Origin: Lingula anatina
Taxonomy: Eukaryota > Animalia > Brachiopoda
Reading direction: 5' to 3'
DNA: 64,000 nucleotides
NCBI GenBank assembly: GCA_051362555.1
Contig: CM120641.1
Location: 46,568,401 to 46,632,400 of the forward strand
A model generated the notes under the pieces. The model made no database searches and was not told where the DNA came from. It saw nothing but the letters and a program-made list of their open reading frames with translations. Below, one piece after another: positions 25,101-38,872 of the stretch (its first letter is position 1; every line of letters starts with the position of its first letter). Both the position numbers and the translations under genes were made by a program.

Positions 25101-28100
25101 CACTGGAACCCATTTTCTCACAGGCTACATTTTCACTACTCTGAGTCTAAACTCAAAATTTAGTTCACTTAACATTTCAATAAACACCACTGCTTCACTG
25201 CTGGATGTATTTGCACTCTATGGTCATATAAATATAAACACAGTAAACAATAGCAGATTGAAGCTTAAAATCACACCAAATGTTTACTTTTATATTTTTT
25301 GAATGAGATGACTTAAATGGCTATAATGAACAAAAATAACAAAATTTTAAATTTGGTTAGTTTACATAAGAGGCAATGAAAACTTTGAACAGAGACCTGA
25401 ACTTGGGTAAGGTTACTGGTAAAGAAAAGTGTGCAAAAAGTTAGCAGCTACTGTGTAAATAAATAGCATTCTGCATTTTCCTAGGCCGATCAAAATCTCT
25501 TCCCACGTCACAACTGCCAATTCTTTTTAAAATAAAAAAATCCTTATAACAGTTACATTTTAAGTTGAGAAAATGTTATATGACGTCATTGTTAGCAAGG
25601 TGAGAGACTTGTGACATGCCTATATCCACCTGTTTTCCATTTTTATCAAATAGTTAACAAGAACATCTTACCTGTAAGGTTTTCAGCTTAATTAATACAT
25701 CATCAAAGATATGAATATGAAGACTTATATCACATTACATCAACTCAGATGATTAATTTCTATTTAAATGATCCATTACACAAGATTAATAAATTCCTTC
25801 TAATATATGTCTCAAACTGAGCAAATAATTCTGCTAAAGTACTAGTACTGTACCAAACATTCACTACAACGTGACATGTTTTCATGCCTGCCAAAGTTTG
25901 CATAACCCAGCAGCATGAGTAAATAATTTTGACACAGGATGAAAAAATATCATGGTAGTCTCTGTAGTGGTACATGTAGGAACCTGTTTGTCAAAGCTTT
26001 TCTATGTTACACTGAGGTCATTTTAGTCTTACCGACAGGCAAATATAAATGTATACATGTACCATGCACTCAAAGGCAAGCTGCCTGTGCCTCAGACACC
26101 AGAGTATGGTACCAAAAGGACAGTTAAATTATGTGAAAATCAATTACTGGAAGTGCTGAAAGATCAGACAGGTGCATGTATACAGGCAGTAGATCATCTC
26201 AACCACGAGCTAAAAAGCTACCTTTTTACAGTATACCTGGGCATGTAAACAACAGAATTTGAAGATGAAACTTACCCCTTAGTACATATTTCCAATGTCA
26301 ACTTAAGTTTGACTTATGTCATTAGATCATTCTAAACTGATCACTGCTTATGCTGAATTGGTCTGCATGTGGCTTAGCTCCACAACACCAGTCAATAATA
26401 ATTCCTCATTATGACAACTCATTATGACAACTGATTATGTGAAAAGAAAACAATCTCTAAAGCATACTTACCTACATGTACCAGTTACTTGCTTTGTCTT
26501 TCTTTGGGCTCAAAGTTGAACAAAGTTACATGTGAGATCAGATACTAAATTTCCAAAACAAACATCAGAGTGGCTATACCTTATATTAATTAATAACCCG
26601 TCTGCACCAGCCTCATCTTGTCAAATGGCATGTTAATCCTGAACATGAGCTTTTCTTAATTCCGATGTGCTGCCCTCCAGAGTTTAATGCAGTCTATAAT
26701 ATCCTGTCAAACGATTGGTTTTCATTGATCTGGTCTAGCTGAGGGCCGCACTGTGGGATTTCCAGCTGGCTAGATGACAGGCATGTCACAGTGGGCTCAG
26801 CCAATCAATACTCACAAACTCAGGCAGTTGTTTGGTAATTCAATACCCAAATTCCACACACATAAAAATACAAAATGACACTGCCGTGTAATTATTGCCT
26901 TGTTCCTTTTCAACCAGCCCCTCGTGCAGCTTTATAACTTTATAAAATGTATGAAATAGCTGTGTCAATATTGAGGGATAAGTAATGTTTGTTCACAGTA
27001 GCCGTTGTTGTTATTGCCTGGTTATCAATAAGACCAGGCTCGACACCTTTAGAAAATTGTGTTGAACTCTCAACTTCTTAACCTGCGCGGTTATTGTCCA
27101 GGTAATACTGTCACTAAATACAGGCAAATACTGGTGAATGTATTTTTAATAGCTTAGTCATTTTACCCTCAAGTTATCAGAAAGTTTTACAAAGAAATTA
27201 TACAAATCAAAGGACCAGAAAGCCCAGTGTAATATGAATAATTGAGGTGATGACACCAAATCAAAGAAATAATAATTTCAGTTCAAAACATTCAAATAAG
27301 TTCTGTAATTTTTTTTCTTAAAATAACAATAACATCTGCAAAATTATTAAAATCCCAATAATGATTAGGCATGAATACTTGTCCAATGGATATCCTTTTT
27401 CGTTCAATTTAGATAACACCAATAATACACCAATATTGGATAGCCAGCATTCTATAGAGCAAAAACATATTTAACCAGGCCAATGGCAATGGCAAAATAA
27501 ACATGGCTTAACCAGTTGACAAAACTGTGAAAAGGAAATCCAGCATTGTTTCCACTATTGACACACAGCTTGTATTCAACATGTTGACTAATGGAAGGCC
27601 CCTCAACTGTATCAATTTAAAAGTATGGGATATCAAATTATATGTGGTGGGCCCCCTGTCTCTTTGTGAAGGTGACAAGGAGGATAAGAGTAGGGTATTA
27701 CTTGCAGGCTCTAGGGGGCATAGAACTCATCATGATGGACCAGAGATTTATAACAGGTACTTAAAAATGTCCGCCCTATCTCGATAATCAAACAGCCTAA
27801 TGTGGAAAGATTGGAGGGGCAAGTTACAGTGAGCAATATGAAATGGTTGCTCTGCTTAAAAAATTAATTTAAATTAAAAGTAGTTAAATCAATCATTTAC
27901 TGTAGCTCTTTTTTATGCCCTCATAAAAATAAAATGGCAGAAGCCTATTTTTTTCTTCAATTTTTTATACCTTTATGCAAACAGAAAAAATATCCCAAAA
28001 GTGAAAAAAAGGCAACATTAAACAAAATGTGTCTGAAGTATCGACAGAACTTCGTAACTCTTGAGTACAAACACATACATCTGAAAACTTTTAAATTCCA

Positions 28101-28912
28101 TGTGTTGCCATGGAGATTATGACGCTAGTTGGTTCCACACCATTGACAGCTGACAAAGTGCAAGAATTAGTGAACTTTTCAATGGCACCCCAGTTCAAAC
28201 ATTGCTCGAGTGACGCAAACTTCTACATTTGAAATATGCAATCTGCAAACTCATGAAGAAAAAATGATGCTTCTATGATTGCTTTCATAGAATGAAATAA
28301 GCAGAATGTTTTCTTTATGAAATGGAAAACAAACCAAAATGCACATGGTTTACTGCTGTATTGCTGACCTTTTCACTCATACCTAGACAACTTTTATATA
28401 TATCAAAGTCAACAATGCATTAAATTAAGGCAATAAATCTGATTACATGAGAGGTCTAGGCAACCTATCAGACCTGTTTCAACTCTATCAATATCTTGAC
28501 AACCCTTGACAACTCAATCAAAACTTCAGGCACCATATTCCTGCCATTTGTCGGCATATTATAATGTGTCCCAGACAAGTCACCTAGGCTTACAACAAAC
28601 TACCCCATAAATGTTCATGGCTGACATCAGACATGGGCCCAGATTATATAAGGACCCTCACTGGATCTTGACTGGCCAATTTGCTTAAACTTTCAAGCAC
28701 CAAGAAAAAAACACTTCAAATACCACAGGGCAATTCTATATAGGTCTAGCTACTCTGCATGATGGCACATTAAATCAAACATGTCTCGTTTAATCACAGA
28801 AATGCCATATTCCATATAAAGTTAAAGATGTCATTTGGAAAAACCATAGTGTGGCTTTTTGGCAAGCTATTCACTTTCATTTCCATGCTCCTGTCATCAT
28901 GGGAGTTTAACC

Positions 28913-29011
28913 ATGTACACACACCACCACACGTACACAGTCACACACACACACACACACACACACACTCGATCACTCACACACATATGTACACACAAAC
29001 ACACACACACA
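28913..29011. repeat. (CA)n-rich microsatellite
   Basis: Interrupted CA dinucleotide tracts. Confidence 0.9.
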
Positions 29012-29991
29012 TGCAAAGAGCCCTATAATGTAATGAATTGCACTTTAACATTTCAAAAATCACTTTCAATATTATAAAGCCAGTAACATGTCTGCTCTCT
29101 GGGAAATGAAAACCGTCAATTGCTTATGGATTTGCTAATAATACGTACCACAGCGACCAAATAATGTCATACGTCAATTCCTCAGACTGTGACTTTTTCA
29201 CTAGCGGGATATAATAAGACCAAAATGGACAGATCGATAGATAGCAAGTTATTATTTCAAAGCAAACAGCTGATTCAAGAGATCAGAGAACAGCTCTTCC
29301 GTTGTTCTCAAACTGATACATTTTAAACAAACATCTTTTTGCAGCTGTGCACACTGCCATATCAGTGCTATCAAAACTCACTTGAACTTTACAGCTGACT
29401 TTAGACTATGATTTTTGTTCTGTAACATTTAATTTTTTTGTGACAGGTTTCTTTTTCTATTATAGACCTGCCAAATGTCACAGAGAATTAACAGATCATT
29501 GTTATTGTGTTACAAGTTATACCAGTTCAATACTTTCTCTACAATACCAATGTACAAATGGGTAAGAATAACAATGCAATATTGCTACAAATTACCAATT
29601 GGTTACGCTCAATTGAAGGGTAGAAAAACAGAAGTTTTCAACAATTTTCCCAAAAGTCTTTCTAATGAAAGTTTATGCAAAGCAGAGAAATGTTTTTATA
29701 ACTAAACTTCCTTTCACTTTATCCTTAATGCATATACCTAATGGGTCAAGAAAGAAAATATTGCTGTAGTTGCCAATACGAATGTCTTTCTAATAGAATT
29801 ATTTCCATATTGCCTGGAAATTAACTACAATCACATGTACGGTAGATCAGAATTGCATTTTACACAAAATAATCATAAAACAACTTAGAAAAAGACAACT
29901 GAATCTGGTACTTCTCCACATAACTCTTCTTTTCAGACTTTCTTCTTTTACATCTGCATTCAGAAAACCATGCTAAAATCAATTCACATAC

Positions 29992-30051
29992 CTTGGCAAT
30001 ATTATTTGTCACTTCGCATAATATACCAGACAATCCCACTGGATCCATCAT
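29992..30051 (-). CDS. Possible alternative first exon of the RhoGEF (MMDPVGLSGILCEVTNNIAK)
   Basis: ATG ATG followed by an open 20 codons ending AAG|GTATGT (strong donor, phase 0), compatible with the 16972 acceptor. No homology support. Confidence 0.3.
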
Positions 30052-31653
30052 TACAATGAATCTTAATTTATACTGATACCATAAATAACTAAACTAATAA
30101 AATGTCTGTGGAGAAAATTCAAACATCCAACTCCTAACTGAAATTAACTTTGAATTCACTTTGTTGTGCAGGTACGGTTAACTGAAGTCAAAATAACCGT
30201 TAAAAAGTGACTAATTGCTCACCTTTTGTTTACGTTGAAATCACATCAAGCACACTCACCTGACATAATCCAGGTCACAGCTAATTCAACTAGAAGGTTA
30301 TCAGAATCTAAATCAAATAAACATCTAGAGCATAAATCAACAGTTGTCATTATTTGAAGGGGCTTAATGAAAAAATATATCTGCTTTTTACAATTCAGTG
30401 ACAATTAAGACTCTGTTAACCCTCATTTTTTAAATTCCCTAATAAGCCTTTTATATTGTCTAAATTCCCATTCTTATGCACTGTTTTTTTCTTTAAAAAA
30501 ACTTAATTACCTGCAGTTTGCACCCCAAGTTATTGTTTCAAGGAAGTTGTGCTGTTAAGATGTTGATTTACAAAGTATGAGTAGAGTAAGTAACTATAAT
30601 ACTGTAGCTCACACACAAATCAAACCATGAATAATGGTAGGTTAATGGGGTTTACTTATTTGAACAACTGCAACTGGAAAACAACATTTTCTTGTCCCTG
30701 AAAAACATTCTCTAAAATGAGAAAAATATTGGAGCTTACTGCATTATAATGATTTTGTTTTTCTTGAACAGAATGTTTTCTAATGGTTAAGAGAAATGGC
30801 ATGGTTAAAGCTCTCAGGACTTTGTCCTATAATGATTACGTTCTCCCAAAAAAAGTCAAACAAGGACAAGACTTGAAAAATGCCATTGGAACCTGAGCAA
30901 ACTTGCACATGTTAACTTTTTGCTTTCACAATTAAAAGTTAATAATATCTTTTGTGCTTATGCAAAGCAATGCAAATTTGCCGATTCAAGTGACTACTAT
31001 ACAAGTGTTGTTCTTTTTACTTTTCACCCCAAAAAACAGTTCACAGACTAATGTACTGTTTGCATTTTGAAGTGCTTTCTTATTTGTTCTATTAGCAAAA
31101 CTTAAGTTGGTTACATCAGAGAGGAATAAAGTCTATGTTTACAAAACAACTTTATGTGCATACATTGTACATTTCCCAACACTAAATGAAATATAAAAGA
31201 ACCATTCTTGAACAATGTTTTATGTACATTTAATTCACTCCATACATTATATCAGAGTACAACAATACATGTAAAATATTATCAAACCTCTGGCAGAGAG
31301 TCACTGAAATCCCTGTCTGTCCTGTTCCTAATTCCTGTTCCCCTAGCTGTCCTTTGCCAAACAGTTTTTCAGGTGCAGTTTTGGTGATGCAGGACAGAAA
31401 TAAATTCAAACATCAGCTAACATTAACGGGCAACCTTACCATAACATAACCATATGTGGAAGGAGGCTTATAAATGGTGCATAAATCAGAAGGGATTGTA
31501 CTAGTACAGTATGTACCAGGTCCACAGTTCACTAGGCCAGTAACGGAAATTTAGAAAGCCATGTAGATCTGAAACTCCAATTATTGACCTTTTCTCAACA
31601 AGTTAACAATTTTGTCTTTTTTTGTAACATACTGCAGGCTGACTGATTTTTCA

Positions 31654-31688
<35 letters not shown>

Positions 31689-33330
31689 TTCTTGGTAATT
31701 GTATTCCCTTTTAAAAAAGAATTCCAGGGATACTGTAGGATATTCTAAGTACGGTACAGCCAGTACCCTGACAAAACTCTGTAAACTGGCCTGAGTGATA
31801 CTTCAGTTTTAAATGTAACTCAGTACAAAAGTTGCAATCACAAAGTACAATAAATCTTGCACATTTAATAAAGTTGATAAAGGCCTACAACTTCAGTATA
31901 TATCCAAATTTTACCAGGACTAACCAGTTTAGCATCCCAAAACAATTATTTTAGTGAGCCTAGGATGTGAACAAGCTATGGTTTAAAATCTGTAAACATC
32001 TTCAGCATTAACTACCACAAAATATGAGGAGAAATTCAAATGTACAAATTATTCATGCATACTTTAAGATGATTATACAATAGCTTCTTCCTCACAAAGA
32101 TTTTGACTGGCCTAGCTCTCATAATATTAATCTGCAGTGACAATGTGCCTCTAAAATACCACTTATTTTTGCGTATTACTGCAACTACATGTGCAGATGC
32201 CCAAAATCTTCACAAACAATTTAGACACTAATTTACCTGCAATATTCTTCACAAAGACTGACAAAGTATCAGTCTCGATTATAGATCAGAGCTCAATCTG
32301 GCTGTCCTCATAGCAACTCAGCATCCCAGTTGTCATTACCTGTATGATATCTGCATACAAATTACAGCACTTTACATAAGAGCTTGCTTTGACTAGCAAC
32401 AATTTAACATCAGTCTGCCCTGAAACCCAGTCCATGGCCTTTTCAATTACCTGGCATCCAAGTTGTCATCAGCCATCTTTGGTTGCTAGGGAGATAAGGG
32501 GATAGGCTCTTTTCTGTCACTAATCACTGGATGTTTGAGATAATCACAATCTAAAAGAATCACGGAATCAAGATTGGATCAGCTCTTACTATTAATATAG
32601 TTTGATATGCATGCATAAATATAAATTCAAAGAAAGTTTTTTTAATTCATAATTTAATAATCTCTCCAGCAAATTTTTTCTCTGAACATAGAAATAAAAT
32701 GCATACAAATACAGGTTCAGCGGAATCCCTCTTTAAACTACTTTAATTTATATGACATTGTAAAGCGGGCAGTAATAACCATACAGTGTAATCACATTCC
32801 GTGCAGTAATAAAATTTCTCTGATGAAGTAGCTGTATCTTTTTTCATACCAAGTCAATAGTTTTTCATCATTTTAAAAAGGCGAAATATAGTATACATGT
32901 AAGTATTCCATTAAGCTACTGAGGAAAATTGCAGGGTGTTCGATGCAAGTGATGTTTTTTGGTAGAGAAGTGCTGAGAACATTCAAGTACAAAATTGTGT
33001 TAGATGTGACAAACAGATCACATTCTTCAGATCCTGACAGGGTTATATGTAGTAAACTAATTAAGAGAAGTACAACTGAAAATAATGGCAGATGCCAAAT
33101 CACAGAGTGCATGGTTGTGTTCAGTGTCCACATCATTGTGACAGACACACTCCTTTTCCGAGTTCTTTAACATGTAAAGTTTTTTTTTGCTTATTACTTA
33201 AAATTTGTCTTAATTTATCTTGTTTAAATATCAACTTTTGGCACTAAACTGTCTAGTTGTTGACACGGTCTTGGACATAAAAAGGAAAGGACATGAAACG
33301 CGGCATCTTATTATGTCCAAGCCATGGTTT

Positions 33331-34614
33331 ATTACAGACCCATCTGCTTACTTTCTAACTTGTACAAGATTTACACCAAAATATTGACCAAAAGGCTAAC
33401 AAGACAACTAGATGAAGCACAGCCAAAGGAACAAGCAGGTTTCAGATCATATGCACACTGTCAACCAGCTCAAAGAGAAATGTCTCGAGTATAACATTCC
33501 ACTATGTGTAGCATTCGTTGATTATGAAAAAGCCTTCGACTCAGTAGAAACCCAGTATATACTGGCATCCCTGCAAGATCTAGGGATCGAAGATGGATAC
33601 ATAGACGTCCTCAGAGACATATACACCGATAGCTCTGTAACAGTCAAACTACACAAGACCACCAATAAGATCAGGATCAAGAAAGGTGTACGCCAAGGAG
33701 ATACAATCTCTCCTAAACTGTTCACAGCAGCATTGGAACGTATATTCAGGGAGCTAGAATGGCAGGACAAGGGCATAAACATAGATGGTACCAAGCTCAA
33801 TCACCTTAAGTTTGCAGACGACATCATAATAGTAGCAGATGATGCAAAAGACCTCGAAGAAATGCTGCAGGCGTTAGCAGATGAAAGCGCAAAAAGTGGG
33901 CTAAAGATGAAAACCAGTAAGACAAAGGTGATGTTTGGACCACTAACCACCCCTTGCACAGTGAAGGTCAATACCAAAGAAATAGAAGCAGTAGAAGAGT
34001 ATATATACCTTGGGCAACGGTTCAGCCTTAGTGATCGAACACTGGAGAAAGAAATCAAACGAAGGATAAAAGCAGGATGGGCAGCATATGGGAAGCACAA
34101 TGACATCTTCAAGAGCAACCTTCCTACCTGCCTGAAAAAGAAAGTGTTCAATGCATGTGTGCTGCCGGCAATCACCTATGGCTCAGAGACCTGGGCACTG
34201 AATGCCTCCATGGAACACAAGCTACAAGTAGCTCAGAGAAAGATGGAAAGGATTATGTTGAACATCAGTCCAAGAGAGCGGAAAACGAATGTATGGTTAC
34301 GTGAACAGACCAAAGTTAAGGACGTACTGCTCACAGTTAAAGAAATGAAATGGAGGTGGGCAGGACATGTCAAAAGAATGAAGGACAATAGGTGGACAAT
34401 CAGGCTTACAGAATGGACCCCAAGGTATGGACAAAGAAAAAGAGGAAGGCCGGTCAAACGATGGAGGGATGAATTAGATGACTACTGGAAGTCTTGGAAG
34501 AAGAAACCTTGGCCAAACTGGAAATCTGAGGCTCAGGATAAGGAACAATGGAAAAAGCATGCTGAGGCCTTTGTCCAACAGTGGAACACTATAGGCTCTA
34601 AATGATGATGATGA
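33331..34614 (+). mobile_element. 5'-truncated RTE-clade LINE (reverse transcriptase plus C-terminus)
   Basis: Motifs YRPICLLSNLYK, EQAGFR, FVDYEKAFDSVE, KGVRQGDTISPKLF, LKFADD, YIYLGQ, YGSETW, KWRWAGHV and RGRPVKRW. A (TGA)n tail follows the stop directly. Frameshifting deletion at about 33445; no endonuclease domain. Confidence 0.93.
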
Positions 34615-35039
34615 CAATACATATTTTGGTGGAAACTGTTCAATGAACAACAACACTGATAGAGTGCAAAAGCATAATCAGGTTTATTGCAGACCTTTTT
34701 TGTTCACAGGTATATCATATAAGTTCACAGGTATATCATATAAAAGTAGGAGACTATATTATATCAGCAAAAGTTGATAATTTCCTTCAAGAACAAGAAG
34801 TTTAGGAAGATGGGTTTTAGGGAATATTTCAGAATGGTCCACAGCCAAAGTTAGGGGATGTAGGACTCTGATGAAACTGGACTATAGGCACTCTTCTTGT
34901 TCAAGCAGAAGGCTGGGAAGCTAAGGACTAATATATCTGCCATGTCTCATAAAATTACATGTACAACCAAACGACTAGTATATCTGCCATGTCTCATAAA
35001 ATTACATGTACAACCAACTTAAAGGAGCTAATGCCATAA

Positions 35040-35391
35040 CCTAAAAGATTTTAAAACTTAAAACTAGCTATTATTAAGTGGAACTGATACAAACTGCAAC
35101 TGTAGCTTTAAAGGTTTACAACTTTAAACTAGGAAATCAAACTCAACTGTCTGCATAAACATTATACAACTGTACCTTTTAAGATTTTCCACTTAAAAGA
35201 AGTGAGTCAAACTCGCACTGTTGGCAAAAATTAACCACGACTACAGCTTTAAAGGTATACAACTTAACACTATAGTGAGTCAAACTCACAGTCTGCATAT
35301 AATTGAGCTGCAAATGTAGCTTTTAAGATTTACAATCAAAACTATAGTGAGACAAACTCACAGTTAGCAAAAATTAAATTACACTCTAGCT
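35040..35391. repeat. Degenerate left part of the about 71-bp minisatellite
   Basis: About 5 diverged units sharing ACTGTAGCTTTAAAGGTTTACAA and GTGAGTCAAACTCAC with the array at 38873-39333. Confidence 0.75.
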
Positions 35392-35445
35392 TTAAAGCAA
35401 TAATAACGCTTCCTTTGAGATTCAAAATTCCGCAAGAAATACATT

Positions 35446-38280
35446 CCCAGACAGCCTCAGTAATCTGGCCCACGTCTGGCCCAGATCTGGCAACGTCTGG
35501 CAATATCTGGGCCAGATTTTGCCAGACACTTGCCAGATCTGGGCCAAGTCTGGCAAAGTCTGGCATTTATGCCACATTTTGCCGGACACTTGCCAGATCT
35601 GGGCCAAGTCTGGCAAAGTCTGGCATTTATGCCACATTTTGCCAGATGCTGCCCAGACTTGGGCCAGATATGGTATTTTCATTTTCAATTTTTATTTTCT
35701 TTTATTTATTTTTTATTGACCAGTGAGCTGAATGCATTGAACTGACGTCATTTGATAAATTTTGATTTAATTTATCTCTCTCTCTTTTCTTCAAAGTCCC
35801 CTCATAAGTGTGCTATTTGTTTAATTTGACTTGACATTTGAATGAATTCACTGTTCTAAAACTTTTTTGAACTACTCGTTCCGCTGTTGTGAGATTCCGC
35901 TTTTTATGCTAAGCCGGTCAAGGACCCGGATGTAGCGTTTCTTAGAGTTATGGATATGAAAAAAGCACAAGCGTATCAAACTTATACAATTCGTTGAGTG
36001 ATTTGATTTGTGATGCGATTTATTTCGAAGGCATCAACACTGGCGACGAGGATTAACACTAGTGCAAAACTGTGAGCCAACTTTCTTTGAAAAAATGGAG
36101 GAAAAATGTGAAATTACGGAATTCGAACCGTACAGAAGTCCGGAGACATTAGGGTCACGCTCGACGCGATGGCTAGACAGTTTTAACCTCTTCGCTGACG
36201 GAAAAGATTGATCTTTTCAAAACCAACGGACGGCATGAATAATGAAAAAAGATAGAAAATTAAAAATACATGACAGAGGAGACGCGCGCTTATGTTGCAT
36301 TCAGCAGGGACAGGTGTAAAAGATATTTTCAGGACTCTCCCAAACACAGGTTAGAAACATGAATATACATTAGACAGTTAACGCTTTGAATGAAATTGGA
36401 ACACCAGAAACTGTGAGTATGATGAAACCGAAGTCATTTGACAAACCAAGCCAGTCTAAACATTACGAGTTTAGACATGAAAAACGAAGTAGAAACGCCC
36501 TGACTGAGAAAACATGGAACGTTGGATCACTTTGCAAAAGTCTGCAAAACTGAAACTATTATTCATGTAAATGACAGCTTTGAACATGATAATCCAGGAG
36601 TGCATATACATTTGGTGTGGGAACCAATGCAATATACACAGAAGACATGGAGGGAATATAGGCGGTGTTAATCTCAGTGTATTACCAGATTCAGGTGCAT
36701 ATTGTAATATCATTGATGAAAATACATGGAGAATGCTGAAATCCAAGAAAAATAAATGTGGCTCTTGTGGAGGACTAGAAAACAAACAGTATTATTCATA
36801 CACGTCTGAGAAACCTTTAAAAGTGAAGGGAACATTTGAATGTGACGTAAAGGAAGAGACCAGTAGTAGTGAAAGGACATGGGATTTGATATGAGTTGAT
36901 AAGTTTTGAGAATTTTCAGTGTGGTTTAAGGAATAAAAGTTGGAGTTTATATGCTATTCTGCAAATGTTTGAAAGGACATTTTAAAGACTGAACTGTCAA
37001 TAAACATGTTTTGAAAGGACCGTTTCTCTCCAAGAAAGGAAGGGATGTTGTGTTTTGACATGACATTTGAATGAACTGTTGTTAACTTGGTAGAGTTACT
37101 TGTTCCATATTGTTGATTCCATTAATAATTATAAGCTTGTCAAGGAGCCGGATGTATCATTTCTTAGTGTTATGGATTTGAAAAAAGCGCAAACATTGCA
37201 AACTGGTTCAATTCATTGAGTGATTTGATTCATGATGTGATTTAATTCGAAAGCATTGATACTGGGGTTTGTTTTTGTGCACATGTAATTCTCTTTTAAT
37301 TGTACATCTATATCTGTGCTGGAGTATACATATTTTTTTTTTTCAGAATTTACATGTATGTACAGTACTGTAGCCAGCATGCAAGTTGAATTACAGTTAC
37401 TGCATGGTTATTTATAATTTTGTTATAACTCACCATCATCTAAAAAAACAATGTTTTTTCATTCATTATTCAAGATTTATTCATTACAAAACTATATTCA
37501 TTAGTGATTATTATTATTAATGATATGTTTGAATTAGTTTAAAAATGACAATGTGTGCAAAAATATTTCCCCCTCAAACTCCTCCCCCATGTACATGCAT
37601 AATTAATTACAATTTTTGTAATTTGTGTTAATTCAGATTCGATGAGCAGCTTTGTGTTGAAAAAAAATTGTTGTTATAACTGTTTTCTTTACATGTATGT
37701 AAGTGACATTTCCTCCTGTTAAGTGTCTGTATATTTACCTTTTTGCAGTGTAGTTTTTTTTTTTTTTTTCAAATATACATTGTTTTGTACAAAAAGACAA
37801 GGAGTGACCCTTAATTTGTTACATGTTAGTTGCCAGCAAGGTTATATAATGTGTAATAATTTTGTTTAGGGTTTTAGCACAGAATAAATACTTGAATCTT
37901 GAATCTTGTATGTCTTTTTTATAGTAATCTTATTGAATAATTAAAAATAATTAAAAAAAAGAAAAAAAAAACATTCTGGGCCATATGTGGTCCATGTCTG
38001 GCCCTAATCTGGCCCATTTGAATATGATCTGGCCCACATCTGGCCCACATCTGGCATGCCATACATTTGCCAGATATTGCCAGATCTGGGCCGACATCTG
38101 GCCATATGAGCAAATGTGGACTGGGCCAGATGTGGCAATGTCTGGGCCAGATCTGGCCCAAACATTGCCACATCTGGCCCACATGTGGCAAGCCATACGT
38201 GGGCCATACCTTTTGCCAGACATTGCCAGATGTTGCCAGATCTGGGCCAGACGTGGGCCAGATCACTGAGGCTGTCTGGG
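35446..38280 (+). mobile_element. Non-autonomous CMC/EnSpm element, copy 1
   Basis: TIR CCCAGACAGCCTCAGT.ATCTGGCCCAC with a 2-bp TSD TT/TT. Long subterminal arrays of TCTGGC/GCCAGA motifs, the source of the many WARSGP-type ORFs. Strand is arbitrary, set by the Gypsy cargo. Confidence 0.9.
35818..37261 (+). mobile_element. Internally deleted, decayed Gypsy (Metaviridae) LTR retrotransposon inside EnSpm copy 1
   Basis: Diverged LTRs of about 220 bp (35818-36039, 37046-37261). PBS-like TGGCGACGAG at 36041 and PPT AAGAAAGGAAGGGA before the 3' LTR. gag-like ETLGSRSTRWLDSFNLFADGK and RRRALMLHSAG.GVKDIF; protease-like VLPDSGAYCNII. Confidence 0.8.
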
Positions 38281-38872
38281 TTGTAAACAACGCATGGAAA
38301 TATATATTCTATAGCATTTTACCACTAAAATGGCCGTTATTGTAGTAAAACTAAAATCTATGCTTGTCAATAGGGCTTTCGATGCCTTTCTTCCCGGTCA
38401 TCAAGACATCCATTGCCAATGACGTTTGGTTGTCACGCAGATTCTCGCGTTCATTCGAGACCAAAATAACATATATATGGCACCAAACGACTGATGCAAT
38501 ATGCAGACGTAAGTTGCGAGTTTTTGTACAGTGCGTTGGATAACAAAAAGCCCAGAATAGCACACATTGTAGATATAAATGCATTTTGAGCAATAAGATG
38601 ATTATATCTTATGAATCTTATATTATTGTTATGTAGTGTTGTTGTTGTCTGCTTTTCCCGCGGTTTTTAAGTAGGTCACCAGAAAATATCGCTCGATATC
38701 GCGTGACTATGCAATGTCAGAGAGGGCTCCATCAGTTAAAATCTCTTAAGAACCAAACATTTAGGAAAAAAAAACCCTAGACTAAGTTGACCATTGGTAA
38801 GTACGTGAAAATTGCTGTTTACTCCAGGAAAATCCAATTTTTGGCCAAAACAAAGAGTTAGTATGACTTTAA

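Larger units (their letters stand above)
35396..38868. mobile_element. Non-autonomous Kolobok-like TTAA element (about 636 bp of its own sequence), split by an EnSpm insertion
   Basis: TTAA flanks at 35392-35395 and 38869-38872. Termini AGCAATAATAACGC / AGTCATACTAACTC (10/14). Removing it restores a minisatellite unit TAGCT-TTAA-GGATTTACAAATTAAAAC. Confidence 0.6.

Noticed and set aside
25660-25690. Recursive splice site (CAG|GTAAG on the minus strand)
   Set aside because: No convincing polypyrimidine tract; the motif is expected by chance in a 38-kb intron.
34932-35017. Direct repeat of about 39 bp as an RTE TSD (similar short duplications at 34702, 26404 and 4840)
   Set aside because: Both copies lie downstream of the LINE; these are ordinary local slippage duplications.
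35342-38345. Many overlapping WARSGP/PDLAQ-type ORFs (also at 45924-46437 and 51313-51769)
   Set aside because: They are translations of EnSpm subterminal repeat arrays, open in several frames on both strands.
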